Positions 11,836 to 24,550 of a stretch of DNA of 64,000 nucleotides are shown in pieces (the stretch's first letter is position 1; the number at the start of each line of letters is the position of its first letter). The stretch lies in the NCBI RefSeq assembly GCF_963921235.1, contig NC_086118.1, positions 20,276,001-20,340,000 on the forward strand. The letters run 5' to 3'. This stretch comes from Mobula hypostoma. Its lineage: Eukaryota. The notes beneath the pieces were generated by a model. It saw only the letters and a list, made by a program, of their open reading frames with translations. It did not search any database and was not told the origin of the DNA. A program made the position numbers and the translations under genes.

Positions 11836-12199
11836 AGCTGTCAAAATTGCATCCCAGACTCACGTATTCATTCCTTCTCGTACTCTTTACATAAAGCACT
11901 GATCTGGATGCGGATATAGTCACTAGGAAGAAGGATGGATGGAAAAGCTTGAGAGGGATGTGGGTAAAACGCGGGCAAATGGGACAAGGTTAGATGGTCG
12001 GCATGCACGAGTTGGTCCGACCTTCTAAACTTGTCTCATTTGCCCGTATTGCCCTGGTTCCGTGTGAATGATTCGATTACTCTAAATTTATAATCTCTGA
12101 AGTTTGTTTACTTGTAATATATCTAAAACACCCATTACCTTATTATTTTCTGAAGTACTTATCCGTATTTCCAGCTTCCTTTCACATTGAAAGAGACAT

Positions 12200-12510
12200 T
12201 CAGCCCAGTCTATACTAAGTCTCAGAGTAATCCTTTTTTTGCCCGCGTCACCACTTCTCTCACAAGTGACCAGTTGAATCTTATCCCACCCACCTCTACA
12301 AGAGGCAATTGACTTAACATCTCATGAGATCTTAAGACATAAGCTATTTGGCCGCTGCTCTGGGATGTGGGAGAAAAAAAAACAGGGGTAAACTTATGTA
12401 ATTCACAGTAAGAATATACCAACTCAAAATACAGGACTGCCGATCAGAAACAACCCCAGGTCGCTGGAGCTGTGACATAGCTGCATTAGTTCTAAAGTCA
12501 TTGTGCCACC
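12200..12510 (-). mobile_element. V-SINE/HE1-like SINE (decayed)
   Basis: Minus-strand tRNA-like head (gggtggcacaatg...cacagctccagcgacctgggg) and V-domain-like ctcccacatccca. Confidence 0.5.
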
Positions 12511-13274
12511 CTGACACGGAGCAACGAGGCCGCAAGATACTGTAAACTTCATACAAAGTTTAGTGGATCTCATTTCTTTACCTGTGAACAGACAACATAC
12601 TGTAATGCTATTACAGTGGCATTATATTATTAAGAATAAAAGCCGGTAAGAAAAGATGGGAACTTTGCAGTTCAAATTACAAATCAGATTTGTTTACAGG
12701 GACAGTGTTTGGAGTAGTGTTATTTTTTTTTGGAGTACCTGCCTTATGTATCACAATATGGCAGGTTACCTTGCCATTGATTCCCCAGCTATTCGCCCAT
12801 AAACTCAAGACTAGGGCGTGCCGTGTTCCAGACCAGAATTCTACTTCAAGGCGTTATAGAGAAGCTGCATTTTTAATGAGGAAATGTAGTATGAACGGAG
12901 CATCAATGAGGAAAATGAATGATGTATGTGGACTAGCTGTGATGAGAGGCCTTAGGCGCGGATGGTAAGGAAGTGGAGGCACATCCGAGACTGAGATAAC
13001 ATGGTTCTAGGCTAGATGTTAGATGAGATTCCAAACGAAATAGAAATCATAAAGGCAGTTACAGAGTGAACCAAAGTTGGGCTGATGATTGAGCACCGAG
13101 CCTGAGTTCAGGTGCTCTTTAAATAGCCAAATCTTGGCGCCAAAACATGGCCGCCAATTAGCAGAGCGGGCCAGAGTCGTTAAACGAGTACAGTAATTCA
13201 TACTCCGGAGAATTGGAGTGTCTAAATCGCGGGGGCTGGCGCAGTCGGATTCGTACTGTGACAGTACCAAAATG

Positions 13275-14360
13275 CATTTGATATGATTTCGTGTAATAAC
13301 CGTGTTACCAAAATCGAGGCTGGTGGAATAACGAGAGCTATAGCAGCGTGGATAGAAAATTGGCCGAGCGACGGGAAACAGAAAGCAGCGGTGAAAAGTT
13401 GCTCTCAGGGCTGGAGGAAAGTGTACAACGGCGTTCCCTCAGGGTTCGCATTAAGTCCTCTACTTTCTTTAATGTACATTAATCACTTAGACTCTGATGT
13501 ATTGGGTACAAATCCCAGAAATGCAATTTATGCAAAATTTGGCGGCATGATGGTTTTCAAGACGATATTGACAAATTGGTAAAATGTAAATGTGTAACAG
13601 ATTAAAATTAAAGCTGAAAAATGTGAAGTGGTGCATTTTAATAAGAAAGATAATTACATTCAATTTAAACTAGAGGATATAATTTTAAAAGGGGTAAGGT
13701 ATATGTGCTTAGTTCATTGAAAGTGGCGGGACTGGCTGACAAAGTCAGTAAAGAATCATAGGGGCTCTTGAGTTTTATAAATAGAGGCACAGAGTAAAAT
13801 AACAAGGAAGTTGTGTGAGCCTTTATATAAATTGTTCAGCCACAAATGGAATTATGTGTTGATTTCTGAGCAGCAGACATTAATAAAGATGTAAAGGCTT
13901 TAGAGTTGATGCAGAAGAGATTTAATAAAATAATCTCAGGGATGAGGGACTTCAGTTCTTTGGATAGACAGGAGAAATTGGGTTTTGTATGCCTTGGAAC
14001 TAAAGAGGTTGCTAGGAGGTCCAGTGGAGTTCTTTAAGATCAAGAATAGTATGGCTATGATAAATAGTGAGGACCTGTTCCCTTTGAAAGAGTGGTCACG
14101 AACTATGGAGCATAGAATGAAGGTGAGTGGTGAAGTACCAAATGTCACATAAGAAAACAGTACTGAACACGGAAAACTTTTAAAGTAAAACGTTTCATAC
14201 CAGAAAATTGTTGAAATATTTGGAAGCACTGCCACATTTTATTACATTAAAATCTTTTTCCTCTTGGATTGAATAAAATATTTTGTACAAATCTTGAACT
14301 CCTGAGATTTATTAACACAGTGGAAGTATATTGAAACATAAATACTTTTTAGGACTATGG
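13275..14360 (+). mobile_element. Old CR1 LINE RT/3' fragment
   Basis: GGITRAIAAWIENW..GKQK..GWRKVYNGVPSGFALSPLLSLMYINHLD, followed by decayed KCEVVHF and LELMQKRF motifs. Confidence 0.75.
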
Positions 14361-15318
14361 GAAATCGAAGGGGAATGGATCCAGTCAGTTAGTCCTTTCA
14401 CAGAGCTGACAAACTACTCACCTTCTTCGCTGTAGTCTTCAACGAGGGCTTGTTTTTCCTGGTCTTTATGAAAGAGAGATGTTTAAAGAAATTTCAGGTA
14501 ACTTCATTAAAGGCTTTAAAATTTAATCTGTAGCTTTCAACAGAGTTCTGACACTCAATAAACCTATATTTTATTGATTATTTTCCTGAGAGATTGCTTT
14601 TCCTCAGAATTATTTAATATCAAATGTCAATATTTTTTTTAAAACTCTAAATTGAAGTAATTATTCCTGGCTTTGCAACAGCTCAGAGAGCCTTTAAGAC
14701 AGAGTATTAAATTTTAAACCTTTTTTTAATAGGGCTGGATTCCAAACAGGAAGGTTAAAATAGTCTTTAAAATGAAGGAAAGAGATAAGGTCTAATTTGT
14801 CCAACCGGCATTGAAATCAAATATAATCGACAACTACTGGGCTTTTAAAGAGAAGAAAGGTTCATATTTGAGAAGAAATAGCGTGATAGATATGTAGATA
14901 TTAATTGGTTTGATTCTCATCTAATGATATATTTTTGCATCATCTAGAGATCCTTTGACAAATTCTGTTGTATGTCAAAATTATCAATTGAATAAAAGAG
15001 AAAAGATTTGATTGGAATCCAGTCCAGGAATCCTAACCTCCTTCAAGTGTCTGCAATTATATTTAACTCCCAAGATCACAAAGAAAGACATTCCATTCTG
15101 TCAGTCTGTCACACAAGTATCCATATCCATTAACGAGTAAGTAGCTCACTGCTAAGGTAGAAAAAACCTGCTTCCACAAATTATGCTTGCAATTTTAAAA
15201 CAACATTTCTTGCAAAACAAAAATGTAGTTTACCCAGTAAATTAGATACAAAATGCTGGGAGTTTTTATCCTGTCAAACAGTATCTGATAAGTGAGAAAC
15301 AGAGTTAAAATTTCAAGG

Positions 15319-16083
15319 AACACACATCAAAGTTGCTGGTGAATGCAGCAGGCTAGGCAGCATCTCTAGGAAGAGGTACAGTCGATGTTTCAGGCCGAGA
15401 CCCTTCGTCAGGACTAACTGAAGGAAGAGTTAGTAAGAGATATGAAAGTGGGAGGGGGAGGGGGAGGGAGAGATCCAAAATGATAGGAGAAGACAGGAGG
15501 GGGAGGGATGGAGCCAAGAGCTGGACAGGTGATTGGCAAAGGGGATATGAGAGGATCATGGGACAGGAGGTCCTGGGAGAAAGAAAAGGGTGGGGGGGGG
15601 GAACCCAGAGGATGGGCAAGGGGTATAGTCAGAGGGACAGAGGGAGAAAAAGGAGAGTGAGAGAAAGAATGTGTGTATAAAAATAAATAATGGATGGGGT
15701 ATGAGGGGGAGGTGGGGCATTAGCAGAAGTTAGAGAAGTCGATGTTCATGCCATCAGGTTGGAGGCTACCCAGACGGAATATAAGGTGTTGTTCCTCCAA
15801 CCTGAGTGTGGCTTCATCTTTACAGTAGAGGAGGCCGTGGATAGACATGTCAGAATGGGAATGGGATGTGGAATTAAAATGTGTGGCCACTGGGAGATCC
15901 TGCTTTCTCTGGCGGACAGAGCGTAGGTGTTCAGCAAAGTTGTCCTGACGAAAGATCTCGGCCTGAAACGTCGACTGTACCTCTTTCTAGAGATGCTGCC
16001 TGGCCTGCTGCGTTCACCAGCAACTTTGATGTGTGTTGCTTGAATTTCCAGCATCTGCAGAATTCCTGTTGTTTGCATTTTTT
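15319..16083 (-). mobile_element. Neptune-type Penelope-like element, 5'-truncated, with inverted pseudo-LTR
   Basis: 15319-15937 is the reverse complement of the 3' end of 37094-39163; 15942-16075 is a + copy of the pLTR with tail; TSD aaatttcaagg 15308-15318 / 16084-16094. Confidence 0.9.
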
Positions 16084-16399
16084 AAATTTCAAGGGCTGGT
16101 TATGCAAGCAACATATTGTGAGTTGAAAGTGCTTTGATACTATAATAAGATTGTTAACATGACAATAATTTGAAAATGAAATTCTTCACAAATGATTGTT
16201 ATGTTACCTGATCTGATGAGTAACTAAACTATACTAAATGGATGTATCTTCCCCAGATTTTTGTTAAATTAGCTGAATTAACCATAAATTAAATAAATGC
16301 ATCGACAGTGCCCTGTGTTCAAGAGAGCAAAATTAAGCAGAGTTTCTGTTCCTGATTGTCTAATTCCCTTGTGTATGTGCATGAATATGTTCCGTTTCC

Positions 16400-16770
16400 A
16401 GATAACAGTACGTGTGTTGGACAGGCCTCTTTGCCTGACATCAGACTCCCAAAATAAACTCTTTTCTGGGAAGAGATTGCCAGACACACAGAAAAACAGG
16501 GTCAAAAACATGATCAAATCTTCCTTGAGGAAATGCAATATCCCAAGTGGTTCCTGGCAATTTCTGGCCCATAATTTCACTAGGTGGAAGAGAAGCATTC
16601 AGAATGGTGCTGAAAACCTGGAGTCTATGTAAAAGCTCTATGTAAACAACAGGAGGAGCATACCGCCTCACAAATCCATTTGTTCTGTCGGCTAACATCT
16701 GGGCCATCTACCAAAGTGTCTAAAATTGCCACATTGGCCATCTCATAACCCACAAAAGTCCTGAGGGACA
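16400..16770 (+). mobile_element. RTE-clade LINE 3' fragment
   Basis: GKRLPDTQKNRVKNMIKSSLRKCNIPSGSWQFLAHNFTRWKRSIQNG resembles the RTE/BovB ORF C-terminus. Confidence 0.65.
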
Positions 16771-17269
16771 TCCCCAATCCTCAGGGACTGTCTCAGAAAA
16801 AGAAGTAAATCTGGGGGTAGGAGTGCATGGCAGGGGGGAGAGAAAGGGAGAGCTGGGGCTGAACGTAACTGCTCCTTGCTGCTGAATACAGGAGTAAGGC
16901 ATAGTGTTAATTCAGAACATTAAGAATAGTCACTTGACTGGTGTGCCAAAACAGAATCAACATCTTCAGGACAGAGGAACATGAAGTGATTAGCAGGGAA
17001 AGATTGTGGGGCAAAGAGCTTTGTTTTACTGTTTTTAAGAGTTAATTTTACAGTTATTTTAACCTGCTTTATGGAGTTTCCATTATGACACAGAAAAGCA
17101 TGAAAGAGGTGAGCTTAAGTGTCAACTTGGGTTTTGATGGTGCAGTATTTTTGCCTCCTAGATGGTTTTGGGTGAGAATCAAGCATATAAAATCTGGACA
17201 GGGTACAATGGAAATAGTTTGTTTACTTACTGACTGACATACCGTGTGACCAAGCTTTTCCAGCGCTGT

Positions 17270-17462
17270 GAGTCATTTAATTCTAGCCTAATCACAGGAC
17301 AATTTATACTAATCAATTAACCTACACCTTTGGACTTTAGGAGGAAATCCACACGGTCATGGGGAGAATGTACAGACTCCTTATAGACAGCAGCAGGAAT
17401 TGAACTTGGGTCGCAAGTACTGTAAAGTGTTGTGCTAACTACTACGCTACCGTCTCACCCCA
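17270..17462 (-). mobile_element. V-SINE/HE1-like SINE
   Basis: Minus-strand head gggtgagacggtagcgtagtagttagcac..gacccaagttcaattcc; V-domain gtacattctccccatgaccgtgtggatttcctcc. Confidence 0.75.
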
Positions 17463-18194
17463 CTGTAACACTGTCAGTCATGGTGTTTCTGAAATGTAAA
17501 TTTAAGTGACTAAAAGATCACTCATCAGCAGAGTTGGAGAATATGTGGTTCCTTCAGTTGACCTTCCCAATTCCCAATAGTTATCACTAAGCCAGCTCCT
17601 AAGATTATCTTTTCATTTATTGCAATGGAGCTGTGAGATTTTGTTTGTCCAAATTGATTGTACAACTTGCCACCCTTGTAATTATTTTTCAAAAATACTA
17701 TTAAAATATGTTTCAATAAATGACATATAATTCCCATTTTTTCTGTATCATCAATATATTAAGTAAAACCAATGTCAGAGGAGATTATTTGTATAATTAT
17801 ATACAGTAACTTTACATGACTGGAAGTGCAATAAAACAAATTGGGATTTTTTGTTGATATAGTGCAGAGTGCTGGGAATACATAAGAAGTTCAAACAAAA
17901 TTACTCAACTGAAAATCATTTATTTCATCGAGACATTTAATGGTTTCAGTCTAAAGTAGAGTGAATGCTGATCCTTTAATGAAGTACAAAATATCACTAT
18001 TTTAAGTAATAAGACGATAAGCCCATCCTTGGCCACTGATGTTAAGCATACGCGAGAATATTAGCTACTAGCTGTGCCTATCTTTGTATTGTTCGACCTA
18101 TTGACATTTTTCCCCCGTGATTCTTCTAGGTTTTAGCCCTTGTACCAGAAGCTAATGGTTTACGTGAGTACATTTATACTATTTTTATTTTAGT

Positions 18195-18485
18195 TCATGT
18201 TTATTGAGATGCAGTGTGGAATGGGCCATTCTGCCCCCCCCCAAAGCATGCAGCAGCATTCCATCAATTTAATCTGAGCCTAATCAGGGGACAATTCACC
18301 AATTAACCTACCAACCAGTACGTCTTTGGACTGTGGGAGGAAACCAAGGCACCCGGAGGAAACCCACACAGTCACGGGGAGAATGTACAGACTCATTACA
18401 GGCAACGACGGGAATTGAATTCAGGTTTCCTGTATTATAGAGCGTTATTTGAACCACTATGCTATCGCCTCAGTACCATATGCTA
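18195..18485 (-). mobile_element. V-SINE/HE1-like SINE
   Basis: V-domain gtacattctccccgtgactgtgtgggtttcctccgggtgccttggtttcctcccacagtccaaagacgtac on the minus strand; tRNA head. Confidence 0.8.
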
Positions 18486-18907
18486 TGACATTTGATGTAC
18501 TGATGTAGCAGCCACTGCTGCAAGTCGAGAATATGTTGGTAGCTGCTCTCTCTCTTTCACTGGCCATAGTACAGAGCAACTGCAAAGAGCACACAGACAT
18601 GACGTCGGCAATGAGTTTGGGATGTTGCTTCTTGATGAAATGGCAGAACAATAAATCGGGTGGGAAGTTAATCAACAACAGGGTTCTCTAAGTAGAGCGG
18701 TGATAATGGCAGGCGGTGAGGGCAGCATGGATGTCGGTGAGCTTTGGAAGTACAGGCCGAGTCAATCATCTGCCTTGTGGAAATGTGGCTGATAGAAAAG
18801 CATCCGGTGGGGAACTGGGGGGGGGGGTGCGGAGATACAGAACAGTGCGACATGGCAGTGCATGAAGGAAGAAGGCAAAATTGTTTAAGGAGTCAATAAA
18901 GATGGGG

Positions 18908-19160
18908 CAGGGCAACACAGTAGCATAGCGGTTAGTGTAATATCGTAACGACATTAGCGACCCTGGTTCAATTACCGTTGCTGACTGTGCGGGATTTGTA
19001 CATTCTCCCCGTGACTGTGAGGGTTTCCTCTGGGCGCTTCTGTTTCCTCCCACATTTCAAAAACGTACGAGTGAGTGGGTTAATTGGTCACATGGGTATA
19101 CTTGAGTGGTTCAGCCTTGTTGGACCAGAAAGGCCCATTGCTTCTGTATCTCTAAATTTT
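18908..19160 (+). mobile_element. V-SINE/HE1-like SINE
   Basis: A box tagcatagcgg, B box ggttcaattacc, V-domain gtacattctccccgtgactgtgagggtttcctc. Confidence 0.8.
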
Positions 19161-21632
19161 AAAAAAAAGTTATTACTGAATCTGTTACTGCCATGAGAAA
19201 TGACATGAGACTGGGATGAGATATTGCAGAGTGAAGAACACTCCATTGTCAACAGCCCATGTCCAATGCATTTTTGGAGCAATGGGAATATTTTTAATGC
19301 TCAGCCACAAGTAGTTCAGAGGAAAGGGTCCATAGTCTATTTGGACAGTGTGGGAGAGCATCAGGACAAGGTGTACATTACACAAGTCTACAAGTAGGAT
19401 GGAAGACAGAAAGCTAGAGAAGGCTAATTCCTGGTGAAACTTGCAATCAAACAATACTGCCGCCAAAGATGAGACTGCACAAATTCTAGAGAAGAGCACA
19501 GTCTCCATCAGGTTTTAGTTGCTTGCACAATAACTGAATAGCTGGATCAGGTGCAGACTGAGTTGGATGTTTCAGAAAAGATGGCATTGTGAAGACAGTA
19601 TAAAAAACTGTGTGCAAACTTTGTGATAATCAAACGGTCTGGGAATGAATGTTATCATAAATATTATTACTAATTAGGTACACGAACAAAAAAATCTGAA
19701 GATCGTTTGCGGTATGTTATAAGAAGGAACCTAGTGATGTCCACCCACTATAATGCAACCCGAATGTGGCAACATGGACTAAAAATCAGTATTGGCACAA
19801 CTGAGGGCTTTGAGTATAATCCAGTGAACGGAAGTCAGAGACGACTTTGCGGCTTCAAAGGGAACAGCAGGAAAGAAGAAAGGTCCAGCATCTACTGGAA
19901 TTCAGTGGGAATCAGGATGCAAGGCTGTGTGAAAGCAGAAGCACAAAGATGCAGAGCATTGAGAAAGAACCAAAGCATGACTTCTGATCAGAATCAGGTT
20001 TATTATCACCGGCATGTGACTTGAAATTTGTTAACTAAGCAGCAGCAGTTCAATGCAATGCATAACCTAGCAAAGAGAGAGAAAAAAATAAAATAAAACA
20101 TAATAATAAATAAACAAGTAAATCAATTACGTATATTGAATAGATTTTGTTTTAATGTGCAAAAACAGAAATACTGTATATTAAAAAAAGTGAGGTAGTG
20201 TCCAAAGCTTCAATGTCCATTTCAGAATTAGATGGCAGAGGGGAATAAGCTGTTCCTGAATCACAGAGTGTGCGCCTTCAGGCTTCTGTACCTCCTTCCT
20301 GATGGTAACAGTGAGAAAAGGACATGGCCTGGGTGCTGGAGGTCCTTAATAATGGACGCTGCCTTTCTGAGACAATGCTCCCTTAAGATGTCATGGGTAC
20401 TTTGTAGGCTAATGCCCAAGATGGAGCTGACTAGATTTACAACCTTCTGCAGCATCTTTTGGTCCTGTGCAGTAGCCCCTCCATACCAGACAGTGATGCA
20501 GCCTGTCAGAATGTTCTCCATGGTACAACTATAGAAGTTTTAAAGGTATTTGTTGACATGCCAAATCCCTTCAAACTCCTAATAAAGTATAGTCACTGTC
20601 TTGCCTTCTTTATAACTACATCAATATGTTGGGACCAGGCTAGATTCTCAGAGATCTTGACACCGAGGAACTTCAAGCTGCTCACTCTATCCACTTCTGA
20701 TCCCTGTATAAGGATTCGTATATGCTTCTTCGTCTTACCCTTCCTGAAGTCCACAATCAGCTCTTTCATCTTACCGACATTGAGTGCCAGGTTGTTGCTG
20801 CGATGCCACTCCACTGGTTGGCATATCTCACTCCTGTACGCCCTCTCATCACCACCTGAGATTCTACCAACAATGGTTGTATCATCAGCAAATTTATAGA
20901 TGGTATTTGAGCTATGCCTAGCAACACAGTCATGAGTATATAGAGAGTAGAGTAGTGGGCTAAGCACACACCCCTGAGGTGCGCCAGTGTTGAATGCCAG
21001 TGAGGAGGATATGTTATCACCAATCCACACAGACTGTGGTCTTCCAGTTAGGAAGTCGAGGATCCAATTGCAGAGGGAGGTTCAGAGGCCCAGGTTTTGC
21101 AACTTCTCAATCAGGATTGTGGGAATGATGGTATTAAATGCTGAGCTATAGTCGATGAACAGTGTCCTGATGTAGTTGTTTGTGTTGTCTAGGTGGTTTA
21201 AAGCCATGTGGAGAGCCATTGAGATTGTGTCTACCATTGACGATAGGCAAATTGCAATGGGTCCAGGTCCTTGCTGAGGCAGGAGTTCAGTCTAGTCATA
21301 ACCAACTTCTCAAAGCATTTCATCACTGTCGATGTGAGTGCTACCAGGCGATAGTCATTAAGGCAGCCCACATTATTCTTCTTAGGCACTGGTATAATTG
21401 TTGCCTTTTTGAAACAAGTGGGAACTTCTGCCCGTAGCAGTGAGAGGTTGAAAATGTCCTTGAATACTCCTGCTAGTTGGTTGGCACAGGTTTTCAGAGC
21501 CTGACCAGATACTCCATCAGGACCTTCTGCCCTGCGAGGGTTCACATAGAACATAGAACATAGAACATAGAATAGTACAGCACAGTACAGGCCCTTCGGC
21601 CCACAATGTTGTGCCGACCCTCAAACCCAGCT

Positions 21633-24440
21633 TCACATATAAGCCCCCACCTTAAATTCCTCCATATACCTGTCTAGTAGTCTCTTAAACTTCACTAATG
21701 TATCTGCCTCCACCACTGACTCAGGCAGTGCATTCCATGCACCAACCACTCTCTGAGTAAAAAACCTTCCTCTAATATCCCCCTTGAACTTCCCAACCCT
21801 TACCTTAAAGCTATGTCCTCTTGTATTGAACAATGGTGCCCTGGGGAAGAGGCACTGGCTATCCACTCTATCTATTCTTCTTATTATCTTGTACACCTCT
21901 ATCATGTCTCCTCTCATCCTCCTTCTCTCCAAAGAGTAAAGCCCTAGCTCCCTTAATCTCTGATCATAATGCATACTCTCTATACCAGGCAGCATCCTGG
22001 TAAATCTTCTCTGTACTCTTTCCAATGCTTCCACGTCCCTCCTATAGTGAGGCAACCAGAACTGGACACAGTACTCCAAGTGTGGCCTAACCAGAGTTTT
22101 ATAGAGCTGCATCATTACATCGCGACTCTTAAACTCTATCCCTCGACTTATGAAAGCTAACACCCCATAGGCTTTCTTAACTACCCTATCCAACTGTGAG
22201 GCAACTTTCAGGGATCTGTGGACATGTACCCCCAGATCCCTCTGCTCCTCCACACTACCAAGTATCCTGCCATTTACTTTGTACTCTGCCTTGGAGTTTG
22301 ATCTTCCTAAGTGTACCACCTCACACTTCTCCAGGTTGAACTCCATCTGTCGCTTCTCAGCCCACTTCTGCATTCTATCAATGTCTCTCTGCAATTTTCG
22401 ACAATCCTCTACACTATCTACAACACCACCAACCTTTGTGTCATCTGCAAACTTGCCAACCCACCCTTCTACCCCCACATCCAGGTCGTTAATAAAAATC
22501 ACGAAAAGTAGAGGTCCCAGAACAGATCCTTGTGGGACACCACTAGTCACAATCCTCCAATCTGAATGTACTCCCTCCACCACAACCCTCTCCCTTCTGG
22601 GCAGGCAAGCCAATTCTGAATCCACCTGGCCAAACTTCCCTGGATCCCATGCCTTCTGACTTTCTGAATAAGACTACCGTGTGAAACCTTGTCAAATGCC
22701 TTACTAAAATCCATATAGATCACATCCACTGCACTACCCTCATCTATATGCCTGGTCACCTCCTCAAAGAACTCTATCAGGCTTGTTAGACATGATCTGC
22801 CCTTCACAAAGCCATGCTGACTGTCCCTGATCAGACCATGATTCTCTAAATGCCCAGAGATCCTATCTCTAACAATCTTTTCCAACAGCTTTCCCACCAC
22901 AGACGTAAGGCTCACTGGTCTATAATTACCCGGACTATCCCTACTACCTTTTTTGAACAAGGGGACAACATTTGCCTCCTTCCAATCCTCTGGTACCATT
23001 CCCGTGGACAACGAGGACATAAAGATCCTAGCCAGAGGCTCAGCAATCTCTTCCCTCGCCTCGTGGAGCAGCCTGGGGAATATTCTGTCAGGCCCCGGGG
23101 ACTTATCCGTCCTAATGTATTTTAACAACTCCAACACCTCCTCTCCCTTAATATCAACATGCTCCAGTACATCAACCTCACTCATATTGTCCTCACCATC
23201 ATCAAGTTCCCTCTCATTGGTGAATACTGAAGAGAAGTATTCATTGAGGATCTCGCTCAGTTCCACAGCCTCCAGGCACATCTTCCCCACCTTTATCTCT
23301 AATCGGTCCTACCTTCACTCCTGTCATCCTTTTTTTTCTTCACATAATTGAAGAATGCCTTGGGGTTTTCCTTTACCCTACTCGCCAAGGCCTTCTCATG
23401 CCCCCCTCTTGCTCTTCTCTGCCCCTTCTTAAGCTCCTTTCTTGCTTCCCTATATTCCTCAATAGATCCATCTGATCCCTGCTTCCTAAACCTCATGTAT
23501 GCTGCCTTCTTCCACCTGACTAGATTTTCCACCTCACTTGTCACCGATGGTTCCTTCACCCTACCATCCTTTATCCTCCTCACCGGGACAAATTTATCTG
23601 TAACATCCTGCAAGAGATCTCTAAACATCGAACAAATGTCCATAGTATATTTCCCTGTGAAAACATCATCCCAATTCACACCCACAAGTTCTAGCCTTAT
23701 AGCCTCATAATTTGCCCTTCCCAATTAAAAATTTTCCTGTCCTCTCTGATTCTATCCTTTTCCATGATAATGCTAAAGGCCAGGGAGCGGTGGTCACTGT
23801 CCCCCAGATGCTCACCCACTGAGACATCTGTGACCTGACCCGCTTCATTACCAAGTACTAGATCTAGTATGGCATTCCCCCTAATCGGCCTGTCCACATA
23901 CTATGACAGGAATCCGTCCTGGACACACTTAACAAACTCTGCCCCATCTAAACCCTTGGAACTAATCAGGTGCCAATCAATATTAGGGAAGTTAAAGTCA
24001 CCCATGATAACAACCCTGTTTTTTTTTCACCTTTCCAAAATCTGCCTCCCAATCTGCTCCTCTGTATCTCTGCTGCTACCAGGGGGCCTATAGAATACCC
24101 CCAATAGAGTAACTGCTCCCTTCCTGTTCCTGACTTCCACCCATACTGACTCAAAAGAGGATCCTGCTACATTACCCACCCTTTCTGTAGCTGGAATAGT
24201 ATCCCTGACCAGTAATGTCACCCCTCCTCCCCTTTTTCCGCCCTCTCTATCCCTTTTAAAGCACTGAAATCCAGGAATATTGAGAATCCATTCCTGCCCT
24301 GGTGCCAGCCAAGTCTCTGTAATGGTCACTATGTCATAATTGCATGTATGTATCCAAGCTCTCAGTTCATCACCTTTGGTCCTGATACTTCTTGCATTGA
24401 GGTACACACATTTCAGCCCTTCTATCTTGCTGTCTTTACA
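21633..24440 (-). pseudogene. CR1 ORF2 (AP endonuclease + reverse transcriptase), several frameshifts and stops
   Basis: YLNARS..ITETWL..YRPP (APE); KSPGPD, NYRPVSLTS, DFSKAFD, GVPQGSVLGP, FADD (RT), spread over ORFs 24027-24506, 23299-23724, 22547-23290 and 21633-22625. Confidence 0.9.
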
Positions 24441-24550
24441 CCGTTTATTCTGCCTCTCTTTCCTCAAAGCCTCTCTATATGTTAGATCTGGCTTTACTCC
24501 ATGCACTTCTTTCAGTGCTCTATCGCTCTGGGTCTTATCCCCCTAGCAAA

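Noticed and set aside
13082..13125. CTGATGA plus stem as a hammerhead or C/D snoRNA
   Set aside because: No GAAA after the stem and no convincing terminal D box with a closing stem.
14440..15200. Possible ancient L1/Tx1 fragment on the minus strand
   Set aside because: Only a vague PVWNPA-like similarity; too decayed to support.
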